Shown: positions 51,468-64,000 of the stretch, piece after piece | Layout of the letters: each line of letters begins with the position of its first letter | Position numbering within the stretch: position 1 is the stretch's first letter | Assembly: GCA_044892525.1 (NCBI GenBank) | Contig: CM097885.1 | Location: 161,014,001-161,078,000, forward strand | Direction: 5' to 3' | DNA from: Schmidtea polychroa | Lineage: Eukaryota | DNA: 64,000 bases | The notes under the pieces: model-generated | The model's input: only the letters and a program-made list of their open reading frames with translations | What the model was told of the DNA's origin: nothing | Databases searched by the model: none | Position numbers and translations under genes: made by a program

Positions 51468-51819
51468 GTAGAGTAGGGTTGCTGGTGTTTTATTTTCCCA
51501 GAGAGAATCAAGAGATGTTCATTTCATGACCAAGAAATGTTACTTGACACACCTTTGGAATTAAATAATGGTCGTTATGGATTTATTGGACCTAATGGCA
51601 GTAAAAGCCAATTCGCAGTTCTGGTTATTACTGAACTTCCTGTTTTATCTGACATAAGTCATTCGTTATTGGCAATAACTTATTTCAACGAGACATGACA
51701 TCATCAGATAAAACCGTTTTACACAAAATATTGGAAGCTGATGAAGAAATTATTAGATTTGAGAAAAAATTTAAGCATTTGATTTTAAAAGATGATTATA
51801 TAAATAATATAATTAATAT
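51468..51819 (+). pseudogene. ABCF2: ABC-F (ABCF2-like) N-terminal pseudogene fragment
   Basis: RVAGVLFSQRESRDVH / QEMLLDTPLELNNGRYGFIGPNGSKS / MTSSDKTVLHKILEADEE match ABCF2 (TGVLASHPNSTDVH, DTKLELNSGRRYGLIG.NG.GKS, MPPSDKT). Frameshifts and a damaged Walker A; ends at a gap. Confidence 0.8.
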
Positions 51820-53607
51820 NNNNNNNNNNNNNNNNNNNNNNNNNNNNNNNNNNNNNNNNNNNNNNNNNNNNNNNNNNNNNNNNNNNNNNNNNNNNNNNNN
51901 NNNNNNNNNNNNNNNNNNNNNNNNNNNNNNNNNNNNNNNNNNNNNNNNNNNNNNNNNNNNNNNNNNNNNNNNNNNNTAGAAGTGCTATTCACATTGTTAA
52001 ATGTCGTTATGAAATGTAGTAACTGTCATGCGATATTCTGGTGATATCTCCGTGCCTCATAATTTCCCACCGTAGCTAATTTCCGTATTTTCTAGATTTT
52101 AATTTAATTTCATAAAATTTATCTACATCTACAATCGTAAATTTTTGACGTCCGTTATTTGCAATTTATTTAATTTATTTTAGCAATATAAATTTGCAAA
52201 AAATATTAATTTTAATTAGTATTTCTAAAATGTTGAAAAATTAATTGTACGATCAAATTTTAATTTAATAAAATGAATTTATTGACTGATTAAATGAAAA
52301 TATTACGTAACTGTAATTACTTCCGTTATCTTGACATCTATATTTATTTATATATTTACAGTTAATTTTGTTGTTATATTAATCTAACTTATGTGTATCT
52401 CTCCAACCTCCTATGTCAGTCTTTTATATTTCTGAATTATATCAAAAGTGACGAAATAATTATCAAAGTTTATATGTAAATCTTTGAAAATCTTTTATGA
52501 AGTTTACCTATATTACATAATATTATTCCAATTTATTGTGTGACAATTTTATTAATTCTAGTGCAGAGATGGTGAGAAATATATCAAATACACCTTATTC
52601 CGAAATTTAGTAACTTCTATAATCTAAAGAAAAATCAATAAATTTATAGTATAGGAACACACAAACTTACCTGTGTGTAGAAATTTATTGTTCCGAAATT
52701 TAATAACTTTATTATAGGATTTGTGAAGGTGAGAGAAAATTAACTGAACATACCAACACAAGACACATAATGAAAAATGCATGCAAATTTATTATAGCTT
52801 TTTTTGTTCCGAAATAAATAACCATTAACATATTGTTAAAATATAATTATTTTGAAATTATTAAAATATTTTGTAGGAAAATACTTTTAATTTAGAATCC
52901 GACAGCTCTATCTTGAAATTCAGAGAAAAAGAAGAAAATACATCGTAAAATTCAATTATAAAATAATTTAGAATATACTCTTTAGATTTACAGATATTTC
53001 GCAGGATACATTGCCTTTTCGGGAAGGTGGAAATCTGACAATGTAAGATTTATTCATTAAATTACAAAACATTAGAATTTGCAGGAAGAAATTCACAATT
53101 CGTAAATTTAAATAAATTATTTCATTATAAAATTATAAAAATTATAAAATTCAGCCTTTCCTACTTTCCTAATTGTATTAAAAAAATAAATATCTTCGGT
53201 GATTAGTTAGTTTATTTATAATCAAAAATATATCTAACTTACATTTTATTGAAATAATTCCAAAAAAATTCATAAAATGTCAAAATTCCTAAAAAACACC
53301 TGAAATTTAATTATCAATATGTTATATTATAAATTCTGGCTAACAGTTATATTTAAGAACTTGAATAATGATCTCATAATTATATAAAATCAAAATTCAA
53401 GTCTTAAAGTTACCTGAAATTAAAAAAAATCATTTTTAAAAAATTGAATAACTGAATTGAATAACTGAATTGAATAACTGAATTGAATAATTGAAATTGA
53501 GTAACTTCATTTTCACGTAAATGGTGACTCACCTCAACTGGTGTGCACACCAATGTAAATTATAGAGGTTACTAAATTTCGGAATTGGGTGTATACATGC
53601 GCTCTTA

Positions 53608-54500
53608 CACCAAACGCCACTGAGATGCATTTCCTATAATATAACAAAAAAATTAATAATCTTACATTATAAAAACATACATACTTACTCTGATTTCACG
53701 TTGATGTTCTCATTTAGAGTGCAGTCAGATACATCCTATACTATAGAAATCTGAAAAGTGGAAGAAAAATTAAAAACTGCACACAAACATAACACATACT
53801 AAAAAACACATACAAACTTTTGATTCATCGAAATGCACCGCTGAGATACATTTCTATAATAATTCTATTTTAGACAAATTTTGGATAAAAAAAGATCGCT
53901 GAAAATTTTTAAAAATATATTTTTAATGAAATTTCAAGAGCAGATGAATTTTGTTCAATGTCTGTTCAATCCATATTTCCTTTCCTGAAAGAAGCTCCTC
54001 ATATTGAGCTCAGAAAAAAAAATTACAAAAATTATTTTATTTTTATTATTCGGGGATTTTTCCCAAAATGTTTTAGAAAGATACATATTTTTGGTAATTC
54101 ATTTATTTAATTATAATTAAAAACATATCTAACTCACATTTTTTCGAAAATATTCCAAAATACTTGTCGTAAAATATCAAAAATTCCTGAAAATCAATTA
54201 AAAATAATTTATAATTATAATGTTGACTAAAAGTAAAATTTAAGAACTTGAATAATGATCGCATATCTATATGGATCAAAATTCAAGACTTAAACTTTAC
54301 TTAAAATTAAATATCTTACCTTGAAAGCCATTTCTAAAATGGCTAAAATAAATTTCCAAAAAACATTCCAAAGCAATTCAGTAAATGATAAATATAAATT
54401 GATTACAGTACAGTGAGAATACAGTACAGTAAATTGGTGAGAGAAATTGTTCTACACGCCAACCACCACTATAGAGAATGTATCTCAGTGGTGTTTGGTG
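53608..54500. mobile_element. Tc1-family non-autonomous element
   Basis: TIRs CACCAAAC(G/A)CCACTGAGAT(G/A)CATT with TA flanks; internal similarity to the other Tc1 ends. Confidence 0.8.
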
Positions 54501-54607
54501 TATATATGTTACGCCGAATACGTGAAAAACACAAGTACATTGCTGATTTGACGTAATTGGCAAATTCTACTAAGTAAATATTAACATTTCCAATGTATTT
54601 TGATGTA

Positions 54608-55533
54608 CGGTAAAGCCTCCTACAACACGACACTTTTATAACGCGATTTATAAATTACGGCAATTTTTCTCACAGCGCGATTTAAAAAAATTTATGTTTT
54701 AAAAAATTCAGTGTATAAATACAGAAATATGTGTGTATTTTGCAGTTTAGGTAAATTTAGGATGAAAAGAAATTTTATTATATTTACATACATTTATTAT
54801 ACATAATTTAAATTTGTAGGAAAAAAATCATTGTATCATTCAAAGTGCCGAATGAAAAAAAAATCCGAAAATTTATTTCACTTCAAACCAAAATTCAAAT
54901 TTTGGATAGGCTTAAAAATCAAGAGAAGACCACTGGTGTTGCCAAATATTTTAATTTAAATGAGTCATCAATTAGAACCATAAAACAAACAGAAGAAAAA
55001 TTATAAATTCGGTAGCATCCGGATCATCTGTGCTTTCCAAAATTACTGCTCGTCCGAGAGCAAATATAATGGAAAAATGGAACTAGTACTTATAGGATGG
55101 ATAGGCGGAAATGTGATCAAAGAAAAAGCTTTAAAAATATTTAAATGTTTAAAAGAAATGGGAGAATCGTCATCTGATGAACAAACCAGCAAAACGTTCG
55201 CGGCATCATTCGCTTAGCAGTGCTGAAGAAGATAAATAAATAAATAATATGCATCAACATTTTTTTTATATTTTAATTTTTATAAATTTGAATTTTTATT
55301 TAGTTCTTAATTTTTAAAAACGTGAATTATTTTGTTAACTTTTATTAATTTATTATAATTTTATTGAAGACTTCCTAATAAAATCTTGAACTTATTAAAG
55401 TTTCATTTTATTAATTTAAATGCAGGAACCTAAACCCCTTTTAATCTATAGAGTTCATGTCTCTTACAACGCGATTTCCTACAACGCGACGTTTCCTAAG
55501 AACGGATCCGTCGCGTTGTAGGATGGTTGACTG
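54608..55533 (+). mobile_element. Tigger/pogo non-autonomous element (HTH + CENP-B remnant)
   Basis: TA-flanked TIRs C(G/A)GT.AA.C.TCCTACAAC; GVAKYFNLNESSIRTIK and MEKMELVLIGWI...IKEKALKIF. Confidence 0.85.
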
Positions 55534-56553
55534 TAATTATTGAATATATTAATTTGCTTTGTATTTCAAGTTAAACCAAGTTATTTATTGTTTTAAGATT
55601 TTTTTATGTATTGGAGCATATAAGATAAAATATTTACAATGCAATACGGATATTAAAATAAAAAAATATTGACCATTGATGAAAATGTATTAAAATACCA
55701 TAAAAATAATTTATTATACAACTGTCACTTTGACAGATAATGTGGACAAATAAGTGGAATCGGCAGTGGGCTTGCGTTTTTCATGAATTAGGCAAATTTT
55801 TGAAGATATTACTTAATCAGCAATTTCAAGGATTCGACGTAATAAATAAAGGGTTTAAAATTTCAAATATTTTATAATTTTGAATTTATTCTGAAAATTT
55901 ATAATTTCCCAATATTTTTAAAACTTAATTCTTTAAATCTCCAAAACAATCAGATTTTATGGATTCTGTGGCTTCTGAAACAAAAAGTCGTATATGATTT
56001 ATTTTGAAGTCGATCAACAGTTTATTTTATATTCTTTCCATTAAAACATTTGTATATTTATTTTAATTTAAAAAGTGAAATGTTCCCCATTATTTTTATC
56101 AGCTTTTCAAAAGGTCTATGATAAGAAGACTTTTTAGTAAGTCTTCAAGAATAGTATTTAGTGATTTTCTACAACGTATTTTGATAATAAAGCTACAAAA
56201 GCTAAAATACAACAGTATTAAAATTCAGAATTTGATAAAATAGGTAATGGAAGAAAAACATCAGCATCCCTGTAGAAAAAGGTAAATACTAATTAATTTT
56301 CGGGTATTTCTAATGTATGTTTTACTAATGAAACAGTGGATGATAGTCAAAACTTTTAGGATCCTGTGACAAAAGTTAACAGTAATACAATGGAAGGAAC
56401 ATGAAATGGTTTCAAAGTCAAACTCAGGAATAGAACGAAGAATCAAATAACGGAAAACTTATTCACGTTTATTTGGAAATGAAAGAATGCAGACAATTTA
56501 AGAAATGGATTTAAAAATATACATTATTTTTAATTAAAGTGTTATTTTAATAT

Positions 56554-58660
56554 AGTTAGGTTCCTAAGTGAGTATACGACTAACACGCGCTCTCTTGATC
56601 TGATTCCAAAGATCTCTGTTAATTTCACAAATAATAATGCAACCCGCTTTAGATAATAAACTTTATTTATCAAATAAATACAAATATGGTTTATGATATA
56701 CATTTAAAAAGTTACAAAACGTGTTACCCAAAAAGTTGTCGCAATATATCAGAAGCAAAGATATCGGTTATACACACCGTCCTCGGGTATTTCTAAGACG
56801 GCGAATGCAGGATCCTAATTGATCAACAGCACCGCTCACCTGTGAAAAGGAAAAGACGAGGGATTCCCTAAGTTTAAAACGCGGTTGATTACTACCCAGA
56901 ATCGGTAGTAACGTTCCCTAAATACCTACCCTCTGATAGTTAAATGTTAAAAGCTAGCAATGCAGTTTCCATAGAAAACTGTTGCTGGGTGTCGACTACT
57001 AATTAAGCCCTGCTAAAACTGTTACAACTGATTTAATCGTATAACTCTATAATCAATTTCTGTTTAGCAGAATTGCTTTCTCCGGTAAAGTAATGATGAA
57101 AACGTAAATTACCTTCTTGTTAAATAATCACTTTCGTTAATCAATTCTCGTAGTACTGATTCGATTACTTTTCGCTGTTTCCAAAATTAATGAAATACTG
57201 ATTCAGCTTATTCTTCTTCTGTACTTTTCTACTTTTGCTATTCTCTGTCGGTCTGTTTTTTGTCTGTTTTTGTTTCAGATTTTCTTCTTTTTGTCTGTTT
57301 TTTCAATCTGGTGATCTGACTTTATATGCGTATGGCTAAGGTACGTTGCTTGAAAAACAAGTTTACTTGCTAAAATATCTGGTACCTGGTCAGCTCTGAC
57401 CTTATAAAATTTTTATGAAAAATTATAAAAATTATATATGAAAATTTCTATTTTTATTAATTACATATTTATTTATTACTAATTATATTTTTTATCTATT
57501 TATAGTATTCTTGGTCGCTTAAGGGTGTGTTATTTTATTTTTAAATGTGTCAGGGGTATTTATAGATGTTAAATCGACTCCTTCCTAAACGCCTTCATGA
57601 CTATTTTTCAATATGCCATCTGTGTAACCATGACGACGACCATGTTGGTGCTGTACACAATGGTTGAAAAACAATGAGCAGGTGAGCTCTATTGCTAAAA
57701 CTACTCCTCATTGTATTTTCGTTTCTGGTTCTAGACTGTCGATAGAAGGTTTTACGTCATTATTCCTTATCTATTCTATTGTTAAGCTATTGTATGTATT
57801 CATTTAATTGTGGTCCTCTTTACTAGATGTTTTCTAATGTTATCTTCCAAGATTTTGCGCAGGGACCCGCCCTTATTTTCCCGTTTATAAGTTTTTACAT
57901 GTTTTCTGTAATATTTGTAGATATTTTATTTCCCAGGTAATAAATGTCATCCCTTATGCTCTGCAGTACCTGTAAAAATTCAACTTGTTCTTCAAAATAT
58001 TTGAGTAGGGATATGCCTGTATTTCCAATTCCAACCTATTTCATACTAAAACGAACCCGTCAAATACTATTTCTATTCAAAACAATGCTTCAAACTGTCC
58101 AAAATAAATCTATGTTCTCCCATCGGCCCTATCTCTAACTATATCCTATAAAACGATGTGCGAACTGGTCAATATCTGCTGTCCATCAGTCTTTCGGCCG
58201 TTGGTTTACAGACGTATCCCAATCTGGGAGCATCCATAAATCAGAAATTTGTCCATAAAATTGTAGCCCTTATTTTCCCGTTTATAAGTTTTTACATGTT
58301 TTCTGTAATATTTGTAGATATTTTATTTCCCAGGTAATAAATGTCATCCCTTATGCTCTGCAGTACCTGTAAAAATTCAACTTGTTCTTCAAAATATTTG
58401 AGTAGGGATCTGCCTGTATTTCCAATTCCAACCTATTTCATACTAAAACGAACCCGTCAAATACTATTTCTATTCAAAACAATGCTTCAAACTGTCCAAA
58501 ATAAATCTATGTTCTCCCATCAGCCCTATTTCTAACTATATCCTATAAAACGATGTGCGAACTGGTCAATATCTGCTGTCCATCAGTCTTTCGGCCGTTG
58601 GTTTACAGACGTATCCCAATCTGGGAGCATCCATAAATCAGAAATTTATCCATAAAATTG
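56554..58660 (-). mobile_element. Probable degraded LTR retrotransposon (LTR-like 56554-57400; pol-like scraps upstream)
   Basis: GC-elevated block with TATAAA and hairpins; weak RT/integrase-like scraps (YYLGNKIS, ILKNSHEG). Confidence 0.35.
57869..58660. repeat. Tandem duplication, 397-bp unit x2
   Basis: 57869-58265 and 58266-58660 differ at only a few positions; duplicate ORFs at 57944 and 58341. Confidence 0.92.
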
Positions 58661-60056
58661 AATCAAATAACATTCATATAAATTATAAATATTACTGAAA
58701 ATTTAAATCGAAATGAACAATAAAAGAATTAACAAAAACACAAAAAGATAACTCAACAACATTAAATTTAAAATTTTATTAACTCCTTAAAACCATTACA
58801 TTAATTTATACCATAAAACTACAGTTTCCATAAAATTACCAAAAATCCGATTCAACTTACCAAACTGTCATAAAACTGAAAACTGAGAGCTGCCTGAATA
58901 AATTTGTTCTGTGAAGTTAAGTGGCTATTTGAAGTTGAAGTTGAAATTTTACGTTACTTAAATGAATTTTCCATCGGTATTTATATCAATTTGACTGTAC
59001 TCCTACGCAGTCTCTGCCACCGTATCCAATTAGAATGCGATAAATTCTTAATTAATTTTACATGCATGCATGAGTGTGTGTAATTATTTATTTTTAATCT
59101 AATTAGTTTAATTAATCAAAAAAAATATTTTATTTTTATTAATTTTTACGATTTAGTTTTATAAGTGTTATAATTTAAATAATTTTAGTTTTACTTTAGC
59201 TTCTACTGATTTAAATAATTTAGTTTTATAAATTTTATAATTTAAATAGGTTTAGTTAGTTTTATTTTAGTTTCATTGATTTAACAATTTGGTTTTATAA
59301 ATTTTATAATTTAAATAATTTTGTTAGTTTTATTTTAGTTTTCATTGATTTAATAATTTAGTTTTATAAATTTTACAATTGACATAATTTTACTACTTTT
59401 ATTTTATTTTTTTATCATTTTATCAGTTTACTGGATATTTTAGTTTCAATTTTTAAATTAATTTATTTAAAACATTTTCATATTATAAATTAATTTATTA
59501 CCGATTATTTTATTTATTATTATTTAATTTTACAGTTGTTAGATTTTTCGAATGCGATATTTCTCCTAACCGTGTTGGTGGATGCATCTTCTTGCGTTCC
59601 TTCATTTTATTATACGTGTTTTATTTATCCTCGCTGTGTTATGTATTTTATTTTGTATTATTTGGTGTATGACCATGGATTTTAGTTCAACTTGGTGCGG
59701 GTTTATGTGATGTATTTCCTATTCATTAAAACAAACTCTGAATTCTCGGTTTCAGCCCAACAGTATTTATTTTTATTCCTATTATTTCTATTTCTATTCT
59801 GTTCAACTCTTTTATTATTCAACTCTCTGTGCCCACCCCAAGCGAGCCTAGACCCAACCATAACAATAATTTATTTCTATTATTATACTCTTGCTATAAT
59901 TTACCTCAGTCAAGCAATATCTCAATTAATGATATAAATAAAACAAAATTCAAAATTCGCCTGTTATCATTTTTATTAAACCATTTCAGTGATGTTATCA
60001 AAAGATATTTGCAGTGAGCCGTTAGACCGTCTTATTGAAATCTATATAAATTTTAT

Positions 60057-60190
60057 ATGGGAGCTAATCAAAGTACAGCAAAATATACTGAAGTTTCAAA
60101 AGATGACATATCTCTTTACATGCATATAATTGGAGAAACATCTTTAAATAAAGAAAGCTTGTTCTCTTTTAGATCGAAATTCCATCAGCC
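60057..60190 (+). CDS. Possible first exon of a myristoylated EF-hand protein (NCS/CIB/CNB-like)
   Basis: MGANQS fits the MGxxxS motif; VSKDDISLY...ETSLNKESLFSFRSKF resembles the N-terminal helices; no downstream exons found. Confidence 0.3.
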
Positions 60191-60790
60191 TGCAATGTCA
60201 GACCAGGGTCTGTGTCAATGGGTTTTCCACCATATAACAGCAATTCTTCAATTCTTCAACTTTCTTCAGTGCATTGCTAAAATCACACTCGCGAGAAATT
60301 ATAGTTACACTTGCATGTACGTTTGTTATCTTTTTACTCTCATTTGTGTTTGCACGTCTATATAGTGTTTTCTTAATTTGCAGCAGTACGGCCATAACAA
60401 TATTTACTATTTACAGTGAGGATCTAAAATATGAAAATTTTAAATTTTAAAAATATTCGGTTCATTAAAAATACAAAATAAATAACAAAATTTAGAAAGA
60501 GGTTTAAGGTTTAAATGAAAAAAAGATTGAAGAAAATAAATAATGAAATTTAATTTGATTACAAAATAGTTAATTTTGAACCAAAAATTGAGAAACTTAT
60601 TTTACAGTAAAATTCCATTTATCCTGGCCGAGAATTTTGAAAAAAATACTGGATAAACTTATTTTCCGATTAAACCGATAATAAATGTAAAATTAAAAAC
60701 CAAAAATTATAAATAATATTTTATTTTTGTTGGCTTATCTGACTTTTGACTAAGGCGATTTTTGACTTTTACCAATGCATCCAATAAGAG

Positions 60791-60916
60791 TAAAGTAACC
60801 AGACGTCCCGGATTATGCAGGACTTCCCAGGATTTAAATCGTATGTCCTACATTTTACCTTATTATTGCTATCTATTTGTAAAGTAACGTTTCCAAATTT
60901 GGTTTAACTGGTAACA
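60791..60916. mobile_element. Degenerate hAT-like MITE
   Basis: Left end gtaaccagacgtcccgg and right end ctggtaac. Confidence 0.35.
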
Positions 60917-62514
60917 ATTGTTTAAATTCAAAAAATTCAAATGTTTCAATTCAAGTATGTCATGAGCAATATTTTGAAGAAATCTTATGAATAAAATCAA
61001 CTTGCTTCTTTAAAGTAGCAAAGTTTACAAGGTTAGTTAAATTTGAGCGTTAATAAATAAATTTACAAGGTTCTAAACCTGTTGAATTCCTGACAACCAT
61101 TAGAATGTTTAGAAATTAAAGATTTTTTTAAAATTTTCTTAAATGAATATTTGTTTAAATGTAAAACATAAAATTGCACACCACATACAAAGAATAGCGA
61201 AGAAATAAAAATAATGTTCTTGTCATAGTAATCCATAATGTACACGTTATTAGTGTGTATTAAATGATAATTAAATGATAATTTAAGCGTTTTGCTGTGA
61301 AGTATATATTTAATAAAATGAAAGAATTCTCAACTTTAAAAAATAGTCCTCTTCAATTTCCTGAAATTTAGTTGCTTCAATTTTCAAATTCTTTTTGATC
61401 GTCTCTTTCATTTCGATTTTTCTTTTTATCGGTTAAAAATAAACTATATTAACATAAAATTTTTTTGAAGATGTATTTACGAAGAAACTCATCGAGAACA
61501 AAAGAATCAAGAAAACATCTTGAAAACTTGTTTCTTTAACCATCCAAGAGAATTGATCTACGAAGTACAAAAGCAAGCTTTCATCACATTGGAAGCACAT
61601 TATTTCCTATGATTCAAACACATTTTGAGAAAAAAGGAATTGAAAGCAATCACCAGTATGAACAAAGAAACACTGAACGAAATGAAAACAAGAATAGATT
61701 GTGAAGATGATTGCTTTACCTGGGACAAAAGTTCAGTCTAAACAGAAAAATTCACGACACAGTCAATCTCAATTTCAAAACAACTTTGTCACATTGCATG
61801 CAAAATCAAATGGAACAATGCGATGCATCATTCAAATCAAGAAGAAAAGCTCCCAGTACATACAAACTTTTCTTTAAAATTGCAATTATGTATTTAATTC
61901 AGTTTATTTCAAATAAATCCGTTTGATATGAATTACTGAAATAACAATTGATCTTCATAGTTGGACAAATAAATCATTTTTACACAAATATTCACATATA
62001 ATCAGAAATATGGTATTTATTATCAATATTTATTAAAAATTAATTTTTTACACCCAATTGTTTACTTAATGTTTATTAATAAATAATACATTGACATATT
62101 TTCTGATGAAAATGTTAATAATATATAAAGTACATATAAGTAATTGCATTATATAAGAGTTGTATAATATTTCTTGCATAAACAGTCAATTGAGTTTTTA
62201 ATATGTATAAAATTAATACAGCTGGTATAAATTTGAAAATTACTGTGGAACTTTCTAAGAATATTAAAAAATTCAGATACTGTTCAAGTTTAGTAATTTC
62301 TCTTAATTAGAACATTAAACATATCCATTTTATGATTGTTTAAATATCTTAGATAAATTAATTCATGAATTTGATTTCTCGAATATTCAAATTTGAACCA
62401 AAAATAAAAAATAAAGTATATTGTTGTAATTTTTCATTTATATGTTGTTTCAAGATTTTTCTGGATTAAGCTTATTGAAATATTTTTAATATACTTTGAA
62501 TAAAATAATTTCAG

Positions 62515-62838
62515 ATGGCTTCAGAATTCGTTAATGAAAAAATTTCATCCAAAAAAGTTGTCGTTTTTAGCAAGTCATATTGTCCATATTGTACTCTAGC
62601 TAAAAATGTATTAACAAAATACATCGGAACTTCAATCCCAACCAGTCAATATGAAGTTATCGAATTGGAAAATGATCCAAATTGTAATAAAATCCAAGAT
62701 TATCTAAGTGAAATAACTGGTTCAAGAACTGTACCTCGAGTTTTTATCAACAGCAAGTTTATTGGTGGTGGAACTGATGTTGAGGCATTGGATAAAATGA
62801 ATCAATTGGAGCCTCTTTTAGTTAATTTAAATGGTTAA
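62515..62838 (+). CDS. GLRX: Dithiol glutaredoxin (107 aa)
   Basis: VVVFSKSYCPYC active site, TVPRVFI, FIGGGTD; intact single coding exon. Confidence 0.95.
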   Translation: MASEFVNEKISSKKVVVFSKSYCPYCTLAKNVLTKYIGTSIPTSQYEVIELENDPNCNKIQDYLSEITGSRTVPRVFINSKFIGGGTDVEALDKMNQLEPLLVNLNG

Positions 62839-63665
62839 CTCTTTTTAAAACGTCTTAACATAAAATAAATTATGGATTGTTTTAAATTTTTAGGTAATTT
62901 TATATTTAAGAATAATTTCTGAATAAACAATGTTTTTATTTACTTTTGTATTATAACTATTAAAAAATTAGTAATTGTTACAAATGAAGTTTGCAACGAA
63001 ATTTAGAGTGGTGTACCTTAAGATGGGCACTGGGTCAAAATTAATAAAAGTCTCTAAGCTTTACATATATAGATCGGCCTTTCATGACTTCGATCATATT
63101 GTGAAATGGAATAATGAAACTAGGACTTCCACTGAGAAAGAGCCACAGGAAGGCCTCTAAAAATAATGAATGCATAAAATTAATTTTTGAATTTTGTAAA
63201 ATTGACAATAATTGCTAATCTTTCATTTTCTAATTCCATTTACTTAAATATTAATGAAAAATAAAAATTTTTACAATTAAAAATTCAAATAATCGGCTGA
63301 TTGATTAATCATCAATATTACATCATCGTTGATATCTATGTGAATTTCAAATTAATTTAATATTTTATAAATGTTGTAAAATAGTTCAAAATGAAAAGAA
63401 AGCTTGAAAGCGAAGTAAAAGTCGTTAGATTGAACTGCATGAACGGTACTAATTAAGGTCTCTAACAATGGACCCATTAAAAATCAGCTAGCAAAATTAG
63501 TGTTAAATCAAGCAGTAGAATGTTCAAATTTTTACATTGTAAAGTAATAAATCATATTTCAAGAAAGGTATTCAGGAAGGTGTATTAAACAGTACAGATA
63601 TTACAATAAAAGATCAGATTGTGTTAAGTGCCACTGTTGCCAAATCGATTGTGGAAAAATCACTA

Positions 63666-63926
63666 CACTCATACCTCGCTATACGGCTGCTCTTTATACG
63701 GCTTTTCGCTATAACGGCCTACTTTAATTACGGCACTTTTTCGATTTACGGCCTAAAATGTTTCGTTATACGGCCAAAAATGTTATGTTGAACTGCAAAA
63801 AGAAGCAAGAACCAAGGCAAGACAAACAACGTTGGATAAATTTCTTATTTGATTCGTTATGCGGCGTTTCGCCTTTGCGGCCAACTTTCCTAGAACGTAT
63901 CTAGGCCGTAAAGCGAGGTATGAGTG
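63666..63926 (+). mobile_element. Tigger/pogo MITE
   Basis: Perfect 15-bp TIRs CACTCATACCTCGCT with TA flanks; retains the transposase tail KARQTTLDKFLI*. Confidence 0.92.
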
Positions 63927-64000
63927 TATATGGTATCTGCAGAGGGATTCTAACATATTTTTCTAAGTTTTTATTTTTTTAAGCTATTTTCAGAGTTTTA

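Noticed and set aside
56770-56915. Hairpins (ccgtc/gacgg; ttactacc/ggtagtaa) as an HDV-like or other ribozyme
   Set aside because: No nested pseudoknot or conserved core could be built; treated as LTR structure.
58150-58215. GAAA...CUGAUGG hammerhead-like string on the - strand of the tandem unit
   Set aside because: The core is CUGAUGG and there is no UH site or stem between GAAA and the core.

Overview
Very AT-rich eukaryotic (metazoan) genomic DNA with nine N-gaps. Mixed 44-49 nt and multi-kb introns, (AAT)n tracts and the 18S fragment are compatible with a triclad flatworm; this is inference only. The backbone is a + strand copine gene: 12 exons traced by hand from 3968 to 42672 with consistent GT-AG phases, 5' exons not found in the window. 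Downstream lie an intact intronless 230-aa cyclin-T/K-like ORF (- strand, 46061-46753) and a glutaredoxin (62515-62838). Introns and intergenic DNA are full of transposon relics: Tigger/pogo, Tc1 DD34E, mariner, hAT, piggyBac MITE, MULE, Gypsy LTRs and Penelope-like pieces. The most notable items are (i) two Polinton/adintovirus-type protein-primed PolB copies with largely complementary internal deletions, each near a host-like regulatory gene (USP fragment; mini cyclin), (ii) minimal hammerhead ribozymes, one structurally perfect and one multi-copy family forming an inverted pair beside a WD40 fragment, and (iii) scattered host-gene fragments (WD40, USP, ABCF2, 18S). All family assignments come from motif recognition by eye; no database searches were run.
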